This document shows positions 1-8,900 of a stretch of DNA of 64,000 nt, one piece after another. The notes below the pieces were generated by a model. It did no database searches and had not been told where the DNA came from. It saw nothing but the letters and a program-made list of their open reading frames with translations. Each line of letters begins with the position of its first letter. The stretch's first letter is position 1. The stretch is from NCBI GenBank assembly GCA_965246885.1, contig OZ251992.1, positions 2,176,001 through 2,240,000 on the forward strand. Direction: 5' to 3'. A program made the translations under genes and the position numbers. The DNA is from Abditibacterium sp. (GTDB taxonomy: Bacteria > Armatimonadota > Abditibacteriia > Abditibacteriales > Abditibacteriaceae).

Positions 1-4
1 AATC

Positions 5-355
5 TCATTTCCCCTCAAACGATGCAATGATGTCTTCGGGCAAAGGCGCGTCGAAGTCATTGGGTACGACGAACTGACCCGCACATAATCCCATTGGACG
101 CAACTCCGATTTCGTTGAAAGGCTGACTTCGGCGGTGTCGTAAGAGTCCATCTCCGGCGCGTCCCAATCGCCAAAAGTTGCAAACGACGCGCGAAGTTCC
201 TCTGCCTCGGTTCGCCCGATGCCGCGCGCCCTCAAATCAACTCCCGCTTCATCTATAAAAGTTACGATGACGCGCGTTTCACTTTTCACGTCGGTGGGCA
301 ACTCGGCGAGGTCTACGCGCCCGTTGCGATATGTCCCTTCAACAGTTGTCAACAT
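5..355 (-). CDS. Putative antitoxin, apparent fusion of two antitoxin-like modules
   Basis: N-terminus MLTTVEGTYRNGRVDL...DWDAPEMDSYD. C-terminus LRPMGLCAGQFVVPNDFDAPLPEDIIASFEG resembles DUF2281/Phd-type antitoxin tails. The stop overlaps an ATG (ATGA) starting M-R-(L/F), which runs off the window edge. Confidence 0.6.
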   Translation of the reverse strand: MLTTVEGTYRNGRVDLAELPTDVKSETRVIVTFIDEAGVDLRARGIGRTEAEELRASFATFGDWDAPEMDSYDTAEVSLSTKSELRPMGLCAGQFVVPNDFDAPLPEDIIASFEGK

Positions 356-488
356 GGTTTTGCCTCGCCTTCATTTTACCAACCCTACCGCGAGAGAGAC
401 CAAGCTCACCCGCCAAAAGCCGGAGCCACGAACCAACGCAGTGCCCCGTTCCATACTGTAGATGGCTTTCAAGGCGTGCTTGTCACGC

Positions 489-1001
489 CTAATCGTTCAG
501 TCTGCTTGCTTCACCCGCTTCTCTTGCTCTGCGACACCATTTCGTCGGTGGCGCTGCTTCCTCGGCAACACGCAACAGAGATTCTGCATCCTGACCGTTG
601 TCAGGATAAAACGCCACCCCAATCGTAAGCGTGATCTGAACGACGTGCTGGTTGACGTTTAACGGCTGCTTGGCCAATTGCTCACGAATCTGTTGAGCGA
701 CCATTCTGGCTTCGGCTCCCGATGCGGACGGCAACACCACGAAAAATTCATCGGTGCAAAAGCGACAGACCGTGACTTTGTCGCCTACAATCCCTTCAAA
801 CCTTTGCGCCGACTGACACAGCACAAGGTCACCAGCCTCGTGGCCAAGCGAACAATTTAAATCCGAAAAGTGTTCGATGTCGGCAAAAAGAACGGCAGCC
901 GTTTCGCCCCGTTGCTTTGCTTCGGCTACCGCACGTTCAAGCTGCGCCATGCCATAGCCCCGATTGTAAAGGCCGGTAAGCCGATCACGCTGGTTGTTCA
1001 T
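489..1001 (-). CDS. Stand-alone degenerate GGDEF-domain protein
   Basis: DRLTGLYNR, DIEHFSDLNCSLGHEAGD and TLTIGVAFYP motifs; active site reads RFCTDEF instead of GG[D/E]EF. Start placed at ATG 1001, with TATAAT 7 nt upstream. Confidence 0.8.
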   Translation of the reverse strand: MNNQRDRLTGLYNRGYGMAQLERAVAEAKQRGETAAVLFADIEHFSDLNCSLGHEAGDLVLCQSAQRFEGIVGDKVTVCRFCTDEFFVVLPSASGAEARMVAQQIREQLAKQPLNVNQHVVQITLTIGVAFYPDNGQDAESLLRVAEEAAPPTKWCRRAREAGEASRLND

Positions 1002-1112
1002 AGCGAACATTATAAGCCAAGGCGCCAACGAGCCAATTAGAAGGGCGTCGGAGCATCCTGCGCCGCGACGTTCTTATGCCCGCCGCTTTTACGCCAAACT
1101 TCCCCCTACACA

Positions 1113-2750
1113 ATGGCTGTTTCCACTTGGTCGCAAGACCTCATCGCGCGCTATGAATCGGGGGCGAGCAACCAGTTCCTGTTGTATGGCAACGTCGAGG
1201 ACGAGTTCCTGCTGCGCGACGGGAAGGTGGGCACCATCCGCGACTTTCTGCTTGACACCTTGCTCGGCGGGTTCGATGTCGTGCTTTCCTACGACCTTGG
1301 AAACGGGTTGCGGGTCGAGAAGGGCGCGCCGATATTTTCGACTTGGCCCGCTTACAAGGCCAACCCGACTTTGCCGCGCGAGCCGCGTCCGGCGCTGGAT
1401 GCGCTTACACATTACGGGCGCTTCGCGGCGAATCTGGCGCGCGTCGGGCAATTGGCGCCGCGCGTGGCGGTGGTTGTCGGGAGCGTGCAACTGCTCGCGC
1501 CCGCCAGTCCGGGCGGCGTTGACCACGAAACGGGCGCCCTTGCGCTTATTATGCGCGAGTGGAGCCGCGACGCCCTGCTGGCCGATTCGCCCTTCGCGTC
1601 GTTCCTGATTGCCGAAAACCTCAACGATTTGCACGCCCTGCTGGTGCAGAACCCGCGCGCGGCGCGCTTCAAAGTGCCGCTTCCCGATGGAGATAATCTC
1701 GGCGCCGCGTTGGACGAGTGGAAAAAGACCGCGCCCATCGCGCTTTCGCAGTTCGCTGATGCTCTGCCCAACTTGGGCCAGCAACTCGCGGGCGCGTCGC
1801 TCGCCGCGCTGGACTCCCTCCTCAAAACCCGCGAACACGCCAAAACACCCCTCGCGCCGAACGATGTCGCGCGGCTCAAGAAGGAGTTGGTCGAGTCCGA
1901 TGCGGGGAGCCTGATTGAGTTCATCACCCCCACGCGCACCCTCGACGACCTCTACGGGCAGGAAAAGGTCAAGGCGCACCTGCGGGCCGACATCGCGCTG
2001 TGGACTCGCGGCGAATTAGAAGCGCTGCCCAAAGGCTACCTTCTGTGCGGCCCCGTCGGAACCGGCAAGACATTCTTGGTCGAGTGCTTAGCGGGCGAAG
2101 CGGGCGTGCCCGTCGTTAAAATCAAGAACTTCCGCGACCGATGGATTGGCTCGACCGAAGGCAACTTGGAGAAAATCTTCCGCTTGCTTGGCGCGCTCGG
2201 ACGCTGCTACGTTTTCGTGGATGAAGCGGATCAGTCGCTCGGCAAGCGCGATTCCGGGAGCGGCGATTCGGGCATTTCGGGGCGCGTCTACGGCATGTTC
2301 GCCGAGGAGATGAGCCGGAGCGACAACCGGGGCAAGATTATCTGGATACTCGCCAGTAGCCGCCCCGACCTCATCGAAGTGGACTTGAAACGACCGGGCC
2401 GCATAGATGTGAAAATTCCGCTTTTCCCGACGACAACACCCGAAGAATCCTTCCAACTCGTGCGCCAACTGCTCAAACGGCGCGGTCTGGACTTGGGCGT
2501 AGGCGGCTTCGAGGCCGTCAAAGCGCAGCTGCCTCTTCTCCTGACTCCCGGTGCGGCGGAAGCGCTCGCCGTCAAGGTCTTCCGCGATGTCAAAGTCGGC
2601 GGCAAAGCGCCCATAGATGCCCTCAAAGATTCGCTGCAAACTTACCGTCCCCCCATTGCGCCCGAAGTGTTGGGCGCGCAAATCGAGTTAGCGGTGCAGG
2701 AGTCCAGCGACTTGGAATGGGTGCCCGAAATGCTGCGCCCACGCAGTTGA
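1113..2750 (+). CDS. AAA+ ATPase with N-terminal domain of unknown function
   Basis: Walker A GPVGTGKT, Walker B VFVDEAD, SRH region SSRPDLIEVDLKRPGRID. Confidence 0.85.
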   Translation: MAVSTWSQDLIARYESGASNQFLLYGNVEDEFLLRDGKVGTIRDFLLDTLLGGFDVVLSYDLGNGLRVEKGAPIFSTWPAYKANPTLPREPRPALDALTHYGRFAANLARVGQLAPRVAVVVGSVQLLAPASPGGVDHETGALALIMREWSRDALLADSPFASFLIAENLNDLHALLVQNPRAARFKVPLPDGDNLGAALDEWKKTAPIALSQFADALPNLGQQLAGASLAALDSLLKTREHAKTPLAPNDVARLKKELVESDAGSLIEFITPTRTLDDLYGQEKVKAHLRADIALWTRGELEALPKGYLLCGPVGTGKTFLVECLAGEAGVPVVKIKNFRDRWIGSTEGNLEKIFRLLGALGRCYVFVDEADQSLGKRDSGSGDSGISGRVYGMFAEEMSRSDNRGKIIWILASSRPDLIEVDLKRPGRIDVKIPLFPTTTPEESFQLVRQLLKRRGLDLGVGGFEAVKAQLPLLLTPGAAEALAVKVFRDVKVGGKAPIDALKDSLQTYRPPIAPEVLGAQIELAVQESSDLEWVPEMLRPRS

Positions 2751-2788
2751 TACCGGACGCTTGCTGTTGCTAACGGCACCCCGTTCCA

Positions 2789-2809
2789 CCCCTCCTCTTC
2801 GAGGAGGGG
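2789..2809. terminator. GC-rich hairpin between convergent genes
   Basis: CCCCTCCTC-TTC-GAGGAGGGG; no clear U-tract. Confidence 0.4.
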
Positions 2810-2855
2810 AGTATAACGCCACCCTCAGTCTGTCACTTGCGGGCGACTAACTGGC

Positions 2856-3620
2856 TTAACCCGCACTGGCGGCTTTCGAGCGGGTCGCGGCGTGGTTCCA
2901 GCCGCGCAAGACAAGTCCAGAGTAGGTGTGGTCGTGTCCCTCTTCCATCTCATCCTGCCCAGAGTGCATTTGCACCAACACGGTTTTGCGGACTTGGCTG
3001 GAGCGGTTGGGCATCGAGCCGTGCAAGGTCAGGTAGTTAAAGAACACGACGTCGCCCGCCTTGGCTTCGAGCACGGTCGCGTTTTCGATGGAGTATTTCT
3101 CGGCGTCCGCGCCCTGAAGGTAATTGCCCTGTTGGAAGCGGCCCAGCTTGTGCGAGCCGGGATAAACGCGCAAGCACCCCATCTCATCGGTGGCGTCGGA
3201 CACGAAAATGACGCCCGCCATCATGGTGTCGTAGACGGACGGGAAGTAGGTGTAGTCTTGGTGCATCGGAAACGGCGAGCCGTTCTCGGCGGGCTTTTGA
3301 AACAGCTTGGTATGGTGCAAGATGATGTCTTCGCCGATTAACCCCGCCGTCTGATCGAGGAAGTTCTTGTGGAGCAAGGCGCGCAACCACACGGCAGAGA
3401 AGGTCTGCACTTGGTGGGTGTGGAAGATGACGGAGTTGCCGCCGTCCAACTTGGCCATTTCTTCGCCGCCCCAACGGGCGTTGGTTGCTTCTCCCGAATT
3501 GGACATCTGCGACACGATGCGGTCGAAGTCGCCCTCCATCGCGCGCAGATCGTCCGCGCCAAAAACGCCTTGGGCGTGGTAATAACCGTTCTCTTTCCAA
3601 AATTCTTGTGTGGTGGACAT
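2856..3620 (-). CDS. Phytanoyl-CoA dioxygenase (PhyH) family Fe(II)/2-oxoglutarate dioxygenase
   Basis: NGYYHAQGVF, HQD metal motif, GCLRVYPGSH, HGSMPNRS...R. Confidence 0.9.
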   Translation of the reverse strand: MSTTQEFWKENGYYHAQGVFGADDLRAMEGDFDRIVSQMSNSGEATNARWGGEEMAKLDGGNSVIFHTHQVQTFSAVWLRALLHKNFLDQTAGLIGEDIILHHTKLFQKPAENGSPFPMHQDYTYFPSVYDTMMAGVIFVSDATDEMGCLRVYPGSHKLGRFQQGNYLQGADAEKYSIENATVLEAKAGDVVFFNYLTLHGSMPNRSSQVRKTVLVQMHSGQDEMEEGHDHTYSGLVLRGWNHAATRSKAASAG

Positions 3621-3709
3621 GGTGTGGTCGGAGCCGCGCGAAACACGAGCAACCTCGCGGCTTTGTTCCGTATCGCTGTATATTCTCCACTTTGCGCCGG
3701 GTTTTGCCC

Positions 3710-4597
3710 TTAGACCAAATCGCCGCGCTTTTGGATATTCGGGCCAGAGGGACGCTCCGTCAGTGGCCCGCCGCGCCGTCGAAAGTCGCCGGGCGGGTTG
3801 CCCGCGCGCCGCGCAAACACCCTCGAAAAGTGCGCGACATCCTCAAAGCCGACCTCCCGCGCGATGGATTTGATGGGTTTTGCGCTCCGCAATAGGAGCG
3901 ATTCCGCGCGGTCGAGACGCGCGCGCTCTATATATTGCGCGGGGCTGGTGCCGACAAACAAGGCGAACAAGCGCACCAGTTGGCGCGGCGAAACGTGGAT
4001 GTGCGCGGCGATTTCGGGAAGCGTCATCTTCTTGGCGAGGTTGTCGTGGATGTAACGGAGGGCTAATTGACATTGAAGCGCGCGGGCATCCGAGGCAGGG
4101 AGTGCGTCCGGTTGCGTTGCCGCACCAACCGAGAGAATCGCGCCCAACAGTGCCCCCACTAATTGGCGGAGCACCCACTCGCCCGAAGTCGCCGCTTCCC
4201 CTGCCACGCGTAATGTCTGCCACAGCGCCACCAAGGGTTCATCGCGCGCGACGACGACGGGCCGGTCGGCAAAGTCGCGCGCCATCTGACTCCGCCCATC
4301 AAGGGCAAATGACACCCAAAACAGTTCCATCGGGTGAGGCGCTGTGTTCACGATTTGATGAATTGCGCCCGGTCGCACCCAAAACGTATCGCCGCTTGCG
4401 ACGGGGTGAATCGCGTCGGGCGCGCGGAACTCGCCGCTTCCGTGCGCGCCGACAGTGCAAATCTCGAAATAGGTGTGGCGGTGCGGCAGGTTGTCCGGCA
4501 GATGGAATTGGTGATTCCACGAAATCACCTGCGCCCGTCCCCAGTCGCCCAACTCCCACTCTCCGCCCAAAGCGTTCAAGCGTTGCGTCCAAAGCAT
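3710..4597 (-). CDS. AraC family transcriptional regulator with N-terminal cupin domain
   Basis: HRHTYFEIC cupin motif; C-terminal double HTH IAREVGFEDVAHFSRVF. Confidence 0.92.
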   Translation of the reverse strand: MLWTQRLNALGGEWELGDWGRAQVISWNHQFHLPDNLPHRHTYFEICTVGAHGSGEFRAPDAIHPVASGDTFWVRPGAIHQIVNTAPHPMELFWVSFALDGRSQMARDFADRPVVVARDEPLVALWQTLRVAGEAATSGEWVLRQLVGALLGAILSVGAATQPDALPASDARALQCQLALRYIHDNLAKKMTLPEIAAHIHVSPRQLVRLFALFVGTSPAQYIERARLDRAESLLLRSAKPIKSIAREVGFEDVAHFSRVFARRAGNPPGDFRRRGGPLTERPSGPNIQKRGDLV

Positions 4598-4615
4598 GGT
4601 CGGAGTTTGCGAAAG

Positions 4616-4775
4616 AGAGGGCGGCGACGCGATGGGAGACGTCTATCACCAAATCCCAGACGTCTGGGACTGCTCGGCGGACGTCCGCCATCGCGTCGCC
4701 GCCCTCTGGGACTCGGCGACAGACGTCTGGGACTCGGCGACAGACGTCTGGGACTCGGTTACAGACGTCACTCCT
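4616..4775. repeat. Dispersed 21-nt-unit element, copy 1 (7 units, internal 20-bp inverted repeat)
   Basis: Units from 4629 in exact 21-nt register, e.g. TCGGCGACAGACGTCTGGGAC twice. 4616-4635 is the reverse complement of 4688-4707. Confidence 0.9.
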
Positions 4776-4801
4776 TCTTTGCTTGCCGCAAAATGAATGG
4801 C

Positions 4802-5908
4802 ATGAAATGGACTCTTCAAGCGGTGCGCCAAACCCCCCTTGGCATCGCCCGCGCGGGGCTGTTGGAGTTGCCGCATGGAACAATCGAAACCCCCGTGTTC
4901 ATGCCGGTCGGCACCTTGGCGAGCGTCAAGGCGATGTTGCCGCACGAATTGGAAGAACTCGGCGCGCAAATCATCCTCAATAACGCGTTCCACTTGCACT
5001 TGCGACCGGGCGCCGAGGTCGTGCGCGAGGCGGGAGGCTTGCACGCTTTTCAGGGCTGGTCGCGCCCGATCCTCACTGATTCCGGTGGTTTTCAGGTTTT
5101 CTCTCTTGCCAAAATCCGTAAAGTGACCGATGCAGGCGTGCACTTCCAAAGTCCGGTGGACGGCTCCAAGCACTTTTTCACGCCCGAATCGGTTATCGAA
5201 CTTGAAGAAGCGCTTGGCCCCGACATCGGCATGATCTTGGACGACGTCATCGCGCTTCCCGCGACCTACGACGATACCGCGCGCGCCATGCGGCGGTCTG
5301 TCGAGTGGGCGGCGCGCGCGGCGAAGCACCGGGCGCGCACGGATCAAAGTATTTTCGGCATCGTGCAAGGCGGCCTCTTTCCTGAACTGCGCCGCGAGTG
5401 TGCCGACGCGCTTATCAGCATTGGCTTTGACGGCTACGCCATTGGCGGCTTGGCGGTAGGCGAAACCCCTCAGGAGATGGACGAGATGGTCGAGCAAATC
5501 GCGCCAATGCTACCCACCGACGCCCCCCGTTACTTGATGGGTGTGGGCACGCCGCGCGATCTCGAAGCGGGAGTGCTGCGCGGTGTGGACATGTTCGATT
5601 GTGTGTTGCCCACACGCTTGGCGCGGCACAACGTCGGCATCGTTTCTTCGGAAGAGCCGGTCGGCATTGCGGGTGGAAGCGTGCAAGTCAACCTCATTAA
5701 AGCCGTCCACAAGCATGACTTCTCGCCTTTGGACGCGCGCTGCGAGTGCTTCGTGTGCCGGACGTGGACGCGGGCCTATTTGCATCACTTATGCAAGTGC
5801 GGCGAAATCGCCGGGGCGCGTTTGCTGACCTACCACAACCTTTACTTCTATCAATGCTGGATGCGACGGTTGCGCGCGTGGGTTATGTCGAGTGCAGATA
5901 ACACTTAA
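4802..5908 (+). CDS. tgt: tRNA-guanine transglycosylase
   Basis: TPVFMPVGT, TDSGGFQVFSL, GIVQGG, DMFDCVLPTR and zinc site CECFVC...H. Confidence 0.97.
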   Translation: MKWTLQAVRQTPLGIARAGLLELPHGTIETPVFMPVGTLASVKAMLPHELEELGAQIILNNAFHLHLRPGAEVVREAGGLHAFQGWSRPILTDSGGFQVFSLAKIRKVTDAGVHFQSPVDGSKHFFTPESVIELEEALGPDIGMILDDVIALPATYDDTARAMRRSVEWAARAAKHRARTDQSIFGIVQGGLFPELRRECADALISIGFDGYAIGGLAVGETPQEMDEMVEQIAPMLPTDAPRYLMGVGTPRDLEAGVLRGVDMFDCVLPTRLARHNVGIVSSEEPVGIAGGSVQVNLIKAVHKHDFSPLDARCECFVCRTWTRAYLHHLCKCGEIAGARLLTYHNLYFYQCWMRRLRAWVMSSADNT

Positions 5909-5996
5909 AGCCTCATCTTGGGAAATTCCCACCTGAAATATCAAGAATTCTTAAACCAAAGGGTGTAAAATTACTTCTGTCCCTTTAGGTATTATC

Positions 5997-8900
5997 GTGT
6001 CTTCTTCGAGTCCTGTCTTTTTTGACCCTTCCGGCGCGCGCGCGCGGCGCTTGCGGCTGTGGGGCGCCGTCGCGGGCGTTTTGGTCGCGGTGTTGACGGT
6101 TGTTTTTGCTCTGACCGTGATGCACACGCCCGCTCCGGCGCGCGCGCGCACGTGGAGCAAGCTGGTGCGCTTGGTAGACAACAAGCCGGAGCGGTGGAAT
6201 GTGAATTACTATTTCGCGTCCTCGCCTTCCCATGCCAATGTGCACGGCGCCCCCGATGAAATGGGCGTGACCCGTTGGGGAGTGTGGGAGCAAATCGCCA
6301 CGCCGCCAACGGGGGAAATGCGCTTCACGGCGCGCGGTGGGCGCACCGGCGGCCAGTGGGAGCCGGTGCCAACTGCCGCCCCCTCTGTTGTCAACGGGCG
6401 CGTGGTAGCGGCCTTCTATGATCCGTCGCAGGCGACTGGACTCGCGTCGTTTCGTGTGGCTGCGCCACACCTGACGCACGTTTTACCCGCTTGGATCCAT
6501 CTCGCGGACGACGGCGCCGGATTGGATTTGACGGACTTTAACTTCGATGACAACCCCAACAACCGCGCGCTGATTTCGCTCGCGGAGCAGAAGAACGTCG
6601 CGGTCGTTCCAGTGTTTTCCAACGCGCACGGCGGCGATTTCGACCCGCAACGCGCGCACCTCTTGCTGTCTTCGCCCGACAAGCAACGGGTGCTCGTGTC
6701 ACGCTTGGTCGCGTGGGTGCAGGAACACCACTTCGCGGGGTTAAACCTCGACTTGGAAAACTTAACCGATGCGGACGCGGCGCTGTATCCCCGCTTCGCG
6801 GCCTTCGCCGCGCACGAACTAAAGGCGCGCGGTTTGGAGTGCTCGATTGATATCGCCGGAGATGACGCGCCCGACACAGAAGATGTCGCGCGCGTTCATG
6901 CCCTGACCGCGCCGTGCGACTTCGCGGTGTTAATGGCCTACGACCAGCACGAAGCGAGCGGGCCGGAAGGCCCCATCGCGGCTTTCGATTGGACGACGTG
7001 TGTGGTGCGGGAGGCGCTCCGCAGTGTGCCCGCCACGAAACTGGTGCTGGGCGTGGGCAACTACGGCTACGATTGGAACTTGGAAGACAAAACGAAGAAC
7101 GCGGCGCTGTCGTATCAAAGCGCCATCGCCCTCGCACGCGCAACAGCAGGCAAGACGGCCAACGTCCAGAACATTGAGTTCGACCCGCAAACACTCAACG
7201 CCACGTTCAACTACGCCGATACGACGGGCAACCAGCACGAGGTGTGGATGCTCGACGCGGCTTCGGCGTACAACGACTGGAAGCTGATGAACCGCGCCCA
7301 TTTGCGCGGCGGCGCGCTGTGGTCGTTGGGGCAGGATGACCCGTCGGTGTGGGATTTTTGGCGCAAAACCGCCGTTCCCGACGCCCGCGCGCACGCTGAT
7401 ATGATGCGTGTGCACTTCCCCTTCGAGGTGGCCTATACCGGGCGCGGCGATATACTCACGGTTGCTTCGCAACCGCGCGAGGGCGCTCGCGCGTTCGATT
7501 TCGACTACGCGACGGGGCTGATCACCGACGAGAATTACCGCCGCTTTCCAGCCTCGACGGTGATTGCCCAAAGCGGTTACTCGCGCCGCGACATCGCACT
7601 CACCTTTGACGACGGCCCCGACCCCGCGTGGACGCCCGCCGTGCTGGATGCCCTGCGCAAATACCGCGTGCCCGCCACCTTTTTCGTGGTTGGCGCTCAG
7701 GCCGAGCGCAATCGTGGCCTCGTGCGGCGCACTTGGGACGAGGGCCACGAAATTGGCAACCACTCGTTCAACCACCCCGACCTCAGCGACGTGTCTGATG
7801 CGCGCGCGGACTTCGAGATCAACGCCACGCAGCGCGCCATCGAAGCCATTACCGGCCACGCCACCACGCTTTTTCGTGCGCCGTACGACTCCGACATGGA
7901 GCCGCAAACCGCCGACGAAGCGGCCACCTTGGAGCGCGCCAGCGCCTTGGGCTACAAGTCCATCGGCAACGCCGTTGACCCGCAAGACTGGAACCCTACC
8001 ATCGCCAACGACGCCGGAGTTTCGCGCGCCCGCACCGCGAGCGACATTGCCGAGGAGATTTTAAGCGAGGCGCGCGCCGGTAAGGGGAACATCGTGCTCC
8101 TTCATGATGCGGGCGGCGACCGCTCCAATACCGTCGCGGCATTGGGTATGGTCATTCCGCAGTTGCAGCGCGAGGGCTTCCGCTTTGTGACCGTTTCGCA
8201 CCTCATGGGGCAACCGCGCGCCGTCGCCATGCCCCCAGTCACAGGGCATGAAGCGGTTGTCGTCGCGTTTGACCGCGCCATTTTCACGACGGTCTTCTCC
8301 TTTCAGTGGCTGATGGGCGCGGCGTTCGTCGCGGCCATTGGACTGGGGTTGGCGCGCATGGCGGTTATTGTCCCGCTTGCCCTCGTCGCGCGCCGCCGCG
8401 AACTGGCAAAGACCTTCGACCCCGCTTTCACGCCGCTTGTTTCAGTTGTAGTGGCGGCTTACAACGAGGCCAATGTCATTGAGCGCTCGCTCCGCTCCAT
8501 TTTGGCGTCCGATTACGCGCACATGGAAGTCGTCGTCGTGGATGACGGCTCGAAGGACGGCACGTCCGAGGCGGTTCTGGCCGCTTTTGGCGACGACGCG
8601 CGCGTGCGCTTGCTGCGCCAAGCCAACGGCGGCAAAGCCAGCGCGCTCAACCACGCCCTGACGGAAGCGCGCGGCGACATTTACGTCGGCTTCGACGCCG
8701 ACACCCAAGTGGCGACGGACGCCGTGTCGCTCCTTGTGCGCCATTTTAGCGACCCCGCTATTGGCGCTGTCGCGGGCAACGTGGTCGTGGGAAATCGCAA
8801 CAACCTGTGGACGCGGTGGCAGGCCGTCGAGTACATCGCCAGCCAGAACCTCGACCGACGCGCGCAGGCGTTGTTGGATGCCGTCGTCGTCGTGCCCGGA

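Noticed and set aside
4629..4775. CRISPR array
   Set aside because: Units are contiguous 21-mers with no unique spacers, and there are no cas genes.
4334..4801. N-terminal extension of Tgt, and small ORFs across the repeat (e.g. 4596..4796)
   Set aside because: Frames stay open because of the 21-nt repeat and overlap the AraC gene. Tgt homology starts at 4802.
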